DNA of 64,000 nucleotides from Podarcis bocagei (taxonomy: Eukaryota): NCBI GenBank assembly GCA_964188305.1, contig OZ076887.1; one strand, written 5' to 3'. Made by a program: the position numbers and the translations under genes. Below the pieces are notes generated by a model. It searched no databases and was not told the DNA's origin. It saw only the letters and a list, made by a program, of their open reading frames with translations. Below, in pieces: positions 14,048-27,562 of this stretch (the stretch's first letter is position 1; each line of letters begins with the position of its first letter).

Positions 14048-17000
14048 CCAATATAGGCGAATCAAGTATTGATCAACAAACAAATATTGAAGCAGATTTG
14101 GAACCGAAAGCATCTAAGAATTCTGCACCTTCTTCCTCTGTTCACACCTCTTCTGCCTCATCAACGTCCTCTTCCTCTAAGCAAACTTTGGGTCATTCAT
14201 CTACTTTTCTTGGTGGCAGAGATTCAAAAAGTTCTGCTTCTGACTTAAAGAATAAACTCCTAGCTGGGAGCAGAGTCCCTACCAAGTCTCAGGTGTCTTC
14301 TAGAAAGGGAGCAGAGCTAGAAACTGATTCTCTCTCCAGAGAAGACACTGCTGACCACAATCCCTCCAAAGAAGCTGCAAGAGTGCAGCCACAAAATCAG
14401 GATGTTAAGAGCAGTGTGAAGTCACACTCCCCAGTTAAACCTCCACACTCTGTCATTTCCTCAGGTAAAACACCTCATAGGTCACGCACACCTGTAAGAA
14501 CAGGGCAGGCAAGCACTGATAAGCATCGGTCATCACCAACCTCCCTCTCACCACAGCCTTCATTATCTTCCATTCCTAACTATCCCAAAATTGAAACAAA
14601 AAATCTAAGACAGAGCAGCTCTAAACTACCTTCTTCCCATGAAGTCACGCTGGATAATCTGCCGGTTGATAATGAAAGTAATGATCAAGTTGACAGTTCA
14701 GAGGAAAAACCTAAACCTCCAGAAGTTAAGCATTCAGTTTCACATTCAAATCAGCAGCCATCTGGATCTCGGAAGGTGGTTCAGAATCATCCCACAAAAC
14801 CATTCCTTCCTTCTGTATCATCTGCAGCCTCAAATTCTCAAAGTCATTCACACCATCCCTCTTATAAACTAGTTTCCCCTGATACCAGTGATGCTTTTGA
14901 CGCTGATAAAAGCAAAGAAACCGAAAAAAGAGAGCAAAGACCAGGTTCTAGGCTCTCTTCTCCTCAGGGCAGTTCATCTGCATCTGTGCAAACGAGGCCT
15001 CTCCTGCACTCTAACCGCCATGTGCCACGAGATCCGAGAGTTTCTGCGGTTGCTGCTGCTGCTACTCATACTTTACCTCACTCACGTAGCTCATCTGCTA
15101 AACGTAAGGCTGAGGGAAAAGAAGGTTCTGATGTTAATACTGGTGAAAATGATGAAGGAGAAGATGAAGAGAACAGAAGAAGGCCATCTTCTAGATTCAG
15201 TTCTAGGTCCTCTTCAAGTTTGTCTGCATCTGAACGCTTTAATTTGTTCAAATATAGATCAGCCCTTACTGCCAACAGATTTGCCAACAAAGGCAGTAAT
15301 ATATATGGTACCAGGACTCCACCCCCGAAAAGCCCCTCTACTACACAGTCCTCAAAGGTTCAACCTCAGTCCAGTTTACGTTTGGCATCAGGCAGTAATC
15401 ATAGGTCCAATTCCAATAAAGACAAAGAACTGGAGGATGAAGATGAAAGTCCTCTGCCTTCAACTCTTCCTAATGCTTATTCACCATCCTTTTCTAAACA
15501 ATCTTCTTCAGTGGACTATACCAAAAGGAGGAGTTCTCTGGCTGAACCTAAGAATCATCACAGAGTTATACAAGAAAACTATAGCAAAGAACGAGAGGCT
15601 ACAGATATAGATTCTTCACTTAAAGTTCAACACTCTGATGCTGTGTCTTCAGTGTCTAGCCAATCCCCTTCATTAAGCAGAACAAACCATAATTCCGGTG
15701 TTTCTTCTCAGTTAACAAATGGCCATAGTTCAAGGTCCAGAGGCTCATCTCCATCTTCTGATTCTTTATTAAGGACATCCATGGAAAAGTCAGTTCCTTT
15801 ACAGCCTCCTGCGTCTAAATATCAACCTGACCATCTTGAGAGCAAAGATACACCTCCTAAGTTGAAGCAAGCCTCACCTTTGTCTAAAAAACCATTGATG
15901 GGAAGGTCACATGCTTTATCCCGTAAAACTCTTCATCCAGAAACCAGCTATTCCTCAAAAGCATCAACGGATCAGTCGCAACATTCAAGGAGCCACCTTA
16001 CACTATCATCCCACCAGAGTAATGAAAAACTAGAAGACAGAGCTGATGACAGGTTGGAAGCAAACTATTATAAAGAGGCAAGTGATAAAGAGGAACAGAA
16101 GGGTTCTTATTCAATACCTGCCAAAGAAGTCTCTCCATCTAGGAGAATATCTCAGGGAAGAACCAGCTCTCTTTCAAAGCATTCTGAGTCTCAGACTAGT
16201 AAATCTGGGCAAAGATCTTCAACTCAGCGAGAGTCTTTAACCTCCTCCAGAGGTTTAGGTCTGTCACCAGGAAAACATACTGGGTCAAAGATTATTGCAT
16301 CTAGTGAAGATACATCTGATGCCTATAAATTGCCTGCATCTCCTCATCAATCCAAATCTGTTCAGCCAGCATCTACCTCTAACAGAGACCTAGACAAAGA
16401 CCATCACTACAGCAGAGAAACTTCTTTATTTTCAAAATCATCCTCAACTTCTCTGAGACAAACTCATCCTTCAGTGCCCCGTTATCCATCTGGCTCCAGA
16501 GTCCCTACTAGGACAGGATCTCAAACAGACAAAAAATATGGACTCCTGCAGCCAGCCCCAACAAAAGTTGAACTTTCTCCCAAAATGTCATCCTCTAAAA
16601 CACATCAGTTGATAAACAGTGATGATGATTATGAGGATTATGACCAGTCAGAAATGGAGGAAAATCCAACATCTCCAGCAGCAAAGTGGCCCTCTTCTTC
16701 GGTTTCTGGGGGCAGTCAAAGCCTAAATAACAATGTTGCTGGTGATAAAAGTAAATCACCAAGCCCTGCATTGTCCCCCAAAGCAAAATTTGCTGAGGAG
16801 GAAGTGTACAAACAAGATGAGGAGGAGGAACAGGAACAGCCCACTTCTAAAACATCGAACACTGCATTGAGTAGCTCTACTGTTTTAACTTCCAGGTCTT
16901 CCCAGTCTTCTAACAAATTGAATACATTGCCTAAAGTGAACTTGGCTTCACCACGTTCCTCTGGTTCTACTTCTGGATCTTCTCAGCTTCATCCCAGTCA

Positions 17001-17113
17001 CTCTGCTTCTCCAACACATTCTTCATCCTCAGTGTCCTCCAATCAACGAACACAAAACTCAAGGTTATCCAACCCTTCTCAACGACAGCAGCTTAGGCTT
17101 CCTAACAGGCAAG
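14048..17113 (+). CDS. FNDC1: FNDC1 giant exon (~11), 1022 codons, Ser/Pro/charged low-complexity region
   Basis: Long pyrimidine tract + gttgtag acceptor, G|gtaatg donor; open frame equals ORF 14098..17172; islands DLKNKLLAG, FNLFKYR, KWPSSS, RLPNRQG resemble FNDC1. Confidence 0.93.
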
Positions 17114-18073
17114 GTAATGCATTGGTGATGCTTGTATTAATGCTTGTTAACTGGGTGTTCTTCCCATCCTAATCCTTTTATGGAGAATATGTGTTATTAT
17201 AAGATGCTCCCAAACGTTGTGCTTTGAGATCTCATCAGTGGAAATTGTTTTGTTCTGAAACTATCTATCAGTTCACCTACTTCGCTAAGGGGCTCTTTAA
17301 TTCCTTGCCTCATTTGGCCCATCCCCAAATCTCACTGCTCCCAGCTGGCCATTTCTCTCAGAATGTCTCCCTAGTGTGTCCTAATTCACTATTTCTGCAG
17401 AAGATTATTCAATTCAAACCTAATATTAGGTAGACCTGATCACTAGTGGGTGAGTATGCAGAGACTTTCATAGTTTTATTCAGGGTATGACCTGATAGGT
17501 CAACTGAATTTTATTCCTTAAATTGATTTATTATTGGTCACACAAATCCTGTATATCTAGCTAGTATGTAGAATTTTGATGAAAAACAGACAAAAAACAT
17601 CCGCAGGTGAAATCTACTATGACATAAGAATATCCCATGCCTAAATATAATGTGTAAAGAAGCCCATAGTAAAATCGTAGTGGTCCCTAATGTCAGACCA
17701 TAAAAATCACAAATCTGTACCAGTGTGTTGGACATATATCCAGTTTATTCCCACTGAATATAATGGGGCTTGTATAGTTTAATCAGTGTATGTATGCTAA
17801 CTGTTAGAATCACTGCAAGTTGATTTTTAAACCTGCATCCCAATGGAATACTTGCATTATTTCATAAATGAATATATTGTACAAGTATGTATATAAAATA
17901 CATTTATATGTTAACATATGTTTTATTAAACAGCTTTGGGGTTTTATAGTTTTATAGTTTTTTATAGTTTTATAGCATACCAATTTTATTAAATAAATAT
18001 ATATTGTGTTATTATAAATATTTGGAACTATAATTTTACTGAATGGACAGAGTATGGACAAAGTAATGGATAA

Positions 18074-18226
<153 letters not shown>

Positions 18227-18316
18227 TGACCTTATTTGAAAATACAAAATACTTTTAAGATTTAACGTTATATTATTTCACGTTGGAGAGCCTTTCAATC
18301 TACACATTGCTTTTAG

Positions 18317-18550
<234 letters not shown>

Positions 18551-18987
18551 TGACCATTGACTATGCTGGCCAGGACTGCTGGGAGTTCAACAACATTTGA
18601 AAGGCAGCATCTTCCCCATCCCTGTTCTATTGAGTTACTTGATACTTTTTCTATCTGATGAGCAGAAGAGAGCCCATTGGCATAGCAATCTATACAATAC
18701 AAAGCTATGAAAAAGATGGGAAATTGTGTGTGCGTTTGGTATTCTCTAGATACCAATGCAGCATGCCTATGAATATCATTTGCTGGGAACTGCAGGTGAG
18801 GAGAGTGCTGCAGCATTCAGGTCATGCTTATGGACTTCCCGTGAGAATATGGTTTGCCCATGTGAGAACAAGATGTTGGACTAAATGGGCCTTTGGCCTG
18901 ATTCAGCGTGTCTCTTCTTAAGTTACAGGGCAGCCCCTATATCTTGCTAGCTTTGTTGCAACAGAAGTATGTACCTATTCTTCCTAA

Positions 18988-19500
<513 letters not shown>

Positions 19501-19815
19501 TAAATAGTTCCAGTCACAGTGCAGACAGGTAAGATTCGGGTGACAGGTACCTTATATGAACACTGGCCATGGATGAAGCAACAAACCAAGATGTGCCCCC
19601 TCCCATTTCCTCCCATTTTCTGTGGTGATGAATCATCATGTTGCTTGAGTTAGCAGAGATGGAAGAATATTGCATACCATCCTTTAAAACCAGGAGGAGA
19701 AGCACATCCTGGTCTTTAGTTGTGTAAAACTAAATCTCATTCCTAATGAGTATTGGGTGGGTATGCCAAAATAGCACACAAACCTGCCGGCTGCTTTGTT
19801 GATAAGACATTAGGG

Positions 19816-20035
19816 CTGCGGTTCCCAACGTGGGGCACACGCTCCACAGGGGGGGCAATTTGATTTTTAAGGGGGGCAATTTGAGAATGAGTTTTTAACA
19901 GTGAATGGCCTTTGAGGCTTCCTCCACGTGAACAGGAGTTCACTTTTTGAATAATAAGACTTATATGTCATGGGCATCAGGATTTTAGAGGTGCCTAGGT
20001 GGGGCGTGGCCAAGAAAAAAGGCTGGGAACCACCG
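19816..20035. mobile_element. hAT-Charlie-type MITE
   Basis: TIR ctgcggttcccaac / gctgggaaccaccg; exact 8-bp TSD cattaggg (19808-19815, 20036-20043). Confidence 0.8.
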
Positions 20036-23000
20036 CATTAGGGTAAAGACTTGACCTAAATGATGCGTTTATCATATAGAACAGGGAAGGGGAGCCTATG
20101 GTTGTAAGATGTTTTTGGACTACAGCTCCCATTATCCCTGACCAATGCTGGTGGAAGCTGATGGTTGTTGGAATCCAACAGCATTTGGAGGGCCATGGAT
20201 TCCCCAGGCCTGATATTGAGGTTAGCATCCTCTGCTTTATATTGTATCCCTGCCACTACCATCATGGAGCTACCATGGAGTGCATGTCACTACTTACCAG
20301 ATGTTAAGAAGTTTGGTGAATCCCATTTCTTGCTGAGGGGAGTGGGGAGAAGTGTGGTAAGATTTGGCAAGTCTGTACAGATGACTGATTTACCAAGTGG
20401 TCACTTTATCATTTTTAGTGTTGCTAATCTAGTTTTGACTGTTTTTGTACTATGCACTGAAATTTTATTTTTGCAAGTCACTTTGAGACTTCAAGGGAAA
20501 TGACCAATGAATCAAATAAATGATTGTAAAGATGCACTATGGTAGGTTAACCATTCCATAAATATCAAGGCAGTCAGGACATTGAATGTGTATCATCTTG
20601 TCACCATCCGTATTATACCCATTCGAATTTCGAAGCCTTCACCATGGAACACCACATCATGAAATGGCTTCCTGCATTTAGCTGGATAATAAAAGACTCT
20701 TAAGGAATTACTTATAAAAATGGCCACTAAATGGATTTAGTATCAAGGAACAAGAACGGGATGAGGATGGAGCACTTGGGGTAACAAAGAAGAGGTTAGA
20801 CGAAAATGACTGACCATGAACCTGAAAGAGGAAGCAGAATCTCAGCAAGAAAAACAAGAAGGGAATGATCCTCCCCTTCTCTTCAAATTTCTACTAGGTG
20901 AGTAATCTCTGTTTGAGGGTGTTTTAAAAATAAATAGATCTGAATGAAATTACTATTGTTCATTAGCACTATTGGCCGGGCTCTCTGGAGGAGAGATGAG
21001 GGAGCCAGCTGTGAACCACCTAGCCTGGTGAGAAGATCCAGCCCCCTGCCTCTTGGTGTGCAGGGAAAATATTTATTAATTTTCTACCCCACCTTTCCTC
21101 CCAAACGAGCCCAGGCACGTTCTTTTGTTCTTTTGCCTGTTAGGGGCTATCTGCACTATATATTTAAAGCAGTATCGTACCACTTTAAACAGTAATGGCT
21201 TCTCCCCTCAAAGAATCGTGGGAACTGTAGTTCCTAAAGGATGCTGAGAGTTGTTAGGAGATCCCCTATTCCACTCAGATTCCCACAGTGGTTTAACAAG
21301 CAATTCCCACAGTGGTTTAACAAGCAATTCCTCTTCTCCAGGAACTAAATAACAGCCAGCTGTCCGGCACCAAGGGATACCTTTAGTATTTCAAATGTAA
21401 TGCTTTGCATGAGCCCTTGTACATATTGTATCTGAACCAAACCAAGTTATAGTAAATACCTTTGTGATTTTCTCTGTACATTGCAATATTATTATAAAAT
21501 TGAATTGTTGATTTTGTCTTATTTTAGTTTGTTGGAATTGGATTTTTTTTACATGTTATGTATTCTGATGTATATTGGTGTGTGTTGAGAGCTGCTTTTG
21601 GCACAGCTCACTGTGGAAAGATGGCATATAAATAAACTAAAACCAAAACTTAAACAAAATTTAAATCAGTAGCCGCAGCCACTGCCTTTGTAGCTGGAGT
21701 CAGTCAGAGCCACATTTTCTCAGGCCAGGTGGGAATGAGCAAGACAGAAAACAGGGACCAGGTCATACAGGACTCGCAGCTAAATGTTATCCAAGTCTAT
21801 GTCATTATTTTTTCTCTCTTGTTTGCGTCCCTGATCTCAAGCCCCATGGGAGCTCTGAGGCATATATGGAGCTCCAATATCAGTGAGGTGCTTTCCACAT
21901 ATATTGCATTGTTAGAGTCTGCTCTGTGGAACACAATGTTTGTGTAAGTGCACACATGTGATCAGAGCTGCTCCTCAAACCAAAATTAATGAATAAGCAT
22001 GCAAAGACTTCTTGCTTTGGATATGTACGTGCTTAGGGTGATATCTGCCTAAGTAATATTTTGGAATTTGATTTCTCTCTCTGTGTGTATTCTTTTCAGC
22101 TACCACTTCTCCAGCTGGCCTGGCCCTAGCACTGCTAACCACACAATATCATTTATGGAGTAAAGCAAATCTATTGAGGGACTGATGCTCTGCAAGATAA
22201 ACAGCTGTCCCTGTTGAGAAGTCCAAGATTTCAAGGGCTCTTCTTCCTGTAATTCAGATGGAAGTGTGGAAAAACAGAATGCTGCCTGAGCTATTTTTGC
22301 TTCTTACACACTGAAACACCTGAGCAGTGTAGCAAGGCACCTGGAGTGTTATGAACATTTCCATGAAGGATAAATGTACGAGCTCTGCTGAACTTAGGCT
22401 GGCTGGTTGACAAAAGCAATAATGGAGAGAGCATTGCAAAAAAGACCACTACTCAAGAACCACATCTGAAGATGGATGCAGTCGTACATTATGTATATTG
22501 CTACCAAATGCAGTAAAAATTAGCCTGCTAAGAAAGTTCCAGAATGTTCTCTCAAGATGGAAAAACAAAGCAGCATACTCAACAGAATACACTGTCATTT
22601 CTCAGGAATCCGATATATTGACATGTTTCCAAACAGGCTAAGAAAATGTGGTGTGAAAAATGCTGCTGTGGGTTCTACTAACCCTTTGGTCCAATTTCCT
22701 GCTCAGGATTTATAAAGATGACTTTACCAGATATGATTCTATTTTATAGTCAGAGAATACATGAGGAGCCCAAGCTTATGTGGCACTGAAACTCCAGACG
22801 GCTCAACTTCTTTGAGGAACTTTAGTCAACAAAGCCATTAAAAGCCACTTTTATAACTGCTGCTATCACATTACTGGAAAATATAGGCCTATAAACTTGA
22901 AGAACAGTAATAAGCATGAAAGTATTAAAGGACCAGTCTTTTCATATTTCCTGCATATCTGAGTTTCAGTAATTTGCTGGCTGTGTTAATTTTCCTTTTT

Positions 23001-24010
23001 TCTTTTAAAGATGCTTGGTAAAGCTAGTGTTTTTCTCAATTAGCTTTGTTCAGTGCATTCAGAATTCACTGGATTGATGCCCAATGGACTTTCTGTAAGC
23101 TTGTTGGGGGGGGGGGTTAAGTGAGTGGTTGGATGTACCGTCAGGGGACAAGCTTCAAGTGAAAATGATGTGGTTAATATGCTCGTAAGCAGAAATGCTG
23201 GCAACGCTTTTGTAGAAGAATGAACCATTTTTCTGTTACTCCCTGCTCCCCAGGGTTTGCTTTGACATGGAAACAACAGTTACATTAATTAAACTGCTTT
23301 TGAAATATATAAAATGTAAGGGCAGAACCAGGAAATAAAATACTGGTTATGCTTCAAAAACAATGCTATTGCTCAGATATCGTTTACATCTGCTTGTTTG
23401 CTACTGAAAATTGAACTTGATCAGCCAGGCATTAACCATTTGCTTTACCATGAATCAGATTAATATTAACATTTTCTAAGCAGTGGATTAGAGTCTGTTT
23501 TATGAAGAGTTGCCATAAATAGGCTTTTTAAAAAAGTGAAACATTTGGGAATCTGGTTGACATAAAAAAATATTAACTTGTTTAAGGATAACTATAAAAT
23601 GTATTCTGATAGCACTTGATAGAAAAATATGGCAAATATTACTAGGCTGTTATAGTTATAGGTTTAAATCTAATTGTTTGCACAGTTGTGCTTCTTACAG
23701 AATAGTATCTGTAATTAATGTTTTAAAGGAAGGCATCCATTTAACAATAATCTATATATAAAAGCCCCAGTGTCCAACATTCTGCCACTTTCTAACATAA
23801 CCAAGGGACAGAATATACTAGAATAGAACTATGCAGATAGGAGCAAGTAGCTCATGAGCATAGCATCTTTACTAGCTCCCATACAAGTGATTATCTGTCA
23901 TCCATTTGTATAGGAAAAATAAAGCTTTGCACTGAGTGCAATGTTGTTAGGAAATCTCTAGGGCAAAGGGGGACCTGTTTCATCATTCCGATGTCTTCTT
24001 CTTTCCATAG

Positions 24011-24076
24011 ATACATTCTCAGGGCTTGATGCAGATGTGGCGGGAACTACAGAGTCATATGTGATATATGATGGAG
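24011..24076 (+). CDS. FNDC1: FNDC1 exon (~15): DTFSGLDADVAGTTESYVIYDG
   Basis: ttccatag acceptor, G|gtaaaa donor, 66 bp, phase 1-1. Confidence 0.88.
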
Positions 24077-24127
24077 GTAAAAGTCCTTTTCTGAAGTGCT
24101 TTGAATCCCTTTCCTTTCTGCACTGTG

Positions 24128-24350
24128 ATTCCACCTAAACATTAGGAAGAACTTCCTGACAGTAAGAGCTGTTCGACAGTGGAATTTGCTGCCAAGGAGT
24201 GTGGTGGAGTCTCCTTCTTTGGAGGAATTTAAGCAGATGCTTGACAACCATATGTCAGGAGTGCTCTGATGGTGCTTCCTGCTTGGCAGGGGGTTGGACT
24301 CGATGGCCCTTGTGGTCTCTTCCAACTCTATGATTCTATGATTCTATGAT
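24128..24350 (+). mobile_element. CR1 LINE 3' end, 5'-truncated
   Basis: ORF2 end FHLNIRKNFLTVRAVRQWNLLPRSVVESPSLEEFKQMLD followed by a (ttctatga)n tail. Confidence 0.9.
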
Positions 24351-24452
24351 CTGATAGCATAGAGCCAACACTCAGGTCTAAATACATCTGAACAAGAAAG
24401 TGTAGCTTGCTGTTCTGTTTTTAGTACTCTCAGGCTCTCAGAACAACAACCT

Positions 24453-24498
<46 letters not shown>

Positions 24499-24780
24499 TT
24501 GTTATAATTATATCAGTAGATCTCACAACATAAAAATACCAGATAAAAAACACAAAATACGTAATAAAAAAGAATAAAAACAAACCAATAATTCCCCCTC
24601 CCACGACACATTTTAAAGTGTATTGGATGGATGTCAATCAGCCAAAGGCCTGGTTGAAGAGAGGAATGTTTTGCCTGGCGCCTAAAGGTGTATAATGAAG
24701 ACACCAGCCAAACCTCCCTGGGGAAAGCACCCAACGAATGGGGAGCTACTGCAGAAAAGGCCCGTTTTCATGTTGCCACT
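24453..24780 (-). mobile_element. L2-type LINE 3' end with (TTTA)n tail; related fragments near 47475-47770
   Basis: Minus strand reads ...AFSAVAPHSLGAFPREVWLVSSLYTFRRQAK, an L2 ORF2 C-terminal pattern, then a T-rich 3'UTR and an (AAAT)n tail. Confidence 0.7.
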
Positions 24781-25768
24781 CTTTCATGTTGCAACATATG
24801 TACACCGCCTTCCTCCCCACGAACAACATTTGAAGTAACTAACAACAAGTGCTTAAGACAAGCCATTCAAACGAGCTCAAAGGAAAAAGTGGATTAAGAG
24901 ATGCAAAACAAAGCAGCAGGAAAGTAATGTTGCTAATAAAGCAAGTCACCACAAATTAAAACAGTCCCAGCTGCCCAGCTGCCAAACCTAAGCAGACACA
25001 ACTTGGGCAGAACGAGAAAGGAAATGCCAAAAGCCCAGGTACACAGGGCAGCCTTTGTCTGGCATCTAAAGGAAAATAGAGAGGGGACCAGGGTAGGGAG
25101 GCAGCAGAAACTTGATTCAGTTTACATTTGTGGAACCAGTCACAGTGCCATCCTCCCATCGCCGATAACTAGATAACTAGACTCAGGCAAACACTGCGCT
25201 GCAGAAGCCATGCATGGCTAACCTTTTATGTGTTACTATCCGGCTTGGCATGTCAGTGGGCAGTAGCTGGCTGGCCAGCAAGGAATTCCCTCACAACCTG
25301 GGTCCTGATTGGCCCGTTTGAACCTGGCTTACTGTGCAAGAAGTCACGCCCCCATAACTGTGCTGGCACGGGGGCAGTGGAGGGAAATCTCCACCAGCCA
25401 GTGACCATGTGCCTTCCAGCTTCTGGGAAGGACGCGGAGAGCGAGGGTCTGCAATTGACACCCACCAGGAAAGCGGTGAGCGCCTGTTACAGGAGAACTT
25501 ACCTGATTTGCACTTTCGGAAACAATATGCGAACTGAAACACAGCTAGCCTTCACAGTTGGCTCTTCTCCAAATTTTGCAGCGCAGTTCTCCAGCCAAGT
25601 GTGCGTAAAAGTCCACATATTAGTGTAGAAAAGATTAACATGCATTATATTAGGGGAAATGCTTTGCAAAAATGATCCCATAATACAAACATGTATGTTG
25701 GGAAAAAATCACTGAGGAATTTTCATAAGGATGTTCCTTTGATGCTCCTCATCCTCTTTCTTATCTAG

Positions 25769-25915
25769 ATTATGAGCTTTTTGAAACCACTTTGGCGCCC
25801 ACAACCACCACAACCACTGCCACGACCACCACCACAGAAGCATTGCCCGAGTTCAGTGTGGTGGGCTCGGATCCTCTGTTAGAATATGACGCTGCTGGAA
25901 AGAGGCGTTTCACTG
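25769..25915 (+). CDS. FNDC1: FNDC1 exon (~16): [28 protein letters not shown]...EYDAAGKRRFT
   Basis: ttatctag acceptor, G|gtaagc donor, 147 bp. Confidence 0.93.
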
Positions 25916-27513
25916 GTAAGCAATCAGTACGATTCAAAGAATCACGTGTTATCATGTTACTACTGTATCCTGTATGTTGTCACTAAGCAATGTGTTTTAG
26001 GAGGGAAGTGGCTATGAGTTATTTATTGCTTAGGATCTAGTGGCTAAATTATGGAAGCAGTCCCCCTTCTCAAAAGATAAACAAACCCTCAGTTAAAGAA
26101 CCGTTGAGGGGGAAAAGACACATTATGTTCACAAGCAGACTGACACATGGTAAAAGATTTTGATGACGATTAACCTTTCTTTATAAGGGTGTTGTTCTCA
26201 CCCCTTGATCATTTGGTCAGTATGCCAAATTCTAACACTACTTGGAAGAGAAATCAGCTGAAGAAATGCTGTCTTTAAGAAGAAGGAAACACATAATGCA
26301 GAAGAATGGTCCAAATAGGGACACTTAAGTTAGAAATAGTGAGTGTGTGCATGTTCCCACATTCTGATTGGGAAATATTTTCCTAAAATCAATAATCACG
26401 CCAGATGCAAATGCAGAAACTATTGACTTATAGGAAAAGAGATGGTCTATGCAGAAAGAAAGGTATGAATGGTTCTCAGTCCTACATTTGCACTTCACCA
26501 GGCAAGTCATTTTCCCTCTTTTGAAACTGATTCAGCTTCATTCTGCTCCAAAGTCAACCTTCCAGGAAGGGAGAAGCTAGAAAGTAATGAACTGAGTTTC
26601 ATTAGATTTTCTTAGCAGAAAGCAAACCATACTCATAAGAGAGAGAACAAACATAGAGTCAGAGATATTAAGATATTAAGACACTCTGCATCTTGGTGTA
26701 ATTGCAAACATCTGATCCCCTGTTGTTTGAAATGATGTGTATTTGTTTCATTAAAGTTTGCTACATAATGTGGAATAAAGCACTCCTTTGAATTTCTAGT
26801 TTAGGCCTATAAGGAAAAGCCTTTTTTAAGGTGGGGGAGGAGAGAGAAATCTTAAGATTTTGCGACAGTGGTCAGGACAAATCTTATCTCTGGGTTAAAA
26901 GTCCCATCGTACAAAAAGAAAAGTAGCTGAAGAAACAAAGAAGGAAGTAAACATTGGGGTGACAATAAAATTTCCCAACAGGGGTAACAGTTACAGATTC
27001 CTCAGAGTTCTCAATTGTGAGAAGGAATTGCTTTATTTTTATTTCATAAAATTTGTATACCGCTTGATTGTAAAAACCAAAAGAAGCATTTTACACAAAG
27101 CTCAATGTGCTTTTTTATGGGCAGGTGCTTGCAAAGTATGCACTTTGTCTCCTTTCCTCCTCACCCACTTCGGAAATAGCCAATGGAGGCCTCTGTGTCC
27201 TTGAAGGCCCAACTGGGCATTCTGCTTTGGGCTATCAATCTGTTTCTATTGTAAATTTTGGCAATTCACAACTGAATTGAGCAGCAGCGAGGCTTGCTTC
27301 TAGTGTGCTGTTCACAGAAATGGAAATGTTCACAGAAATGTTATGGATAGGCTTTGAAGTGTTGCTCCTCCTCAAACTGACGACAGACATTCTGCAGCCC
27401 CTGATTCTTCCCAACAGTGGTGATTGATGAGGGCTCTGCAGGGACAATGATGTAAAATGTCCACCCCAGAGTCCTTAGATGCCACTTGGCAGAGTTAGTG
27501 ACCTAATTAGTAT

Positions 27514-27514
27514 T

Positions 27515-27555
<41 letters not shown>

Positions 27556-27562
27556 TGTGTGT
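27514..27562. repeat. (TA)n(GA)n(GT)n compound microsatellite
   Basis: Direct reading. Confidence 0.95.

Noticed and set aside
14639-16916. Alternative-frame and antisense ORFs overlapping the giant exon (e.g. 14888..15610, 240 aa)
   Set aside because: By-products of Ser/Pro codon bias in the real frame; no independent evidence
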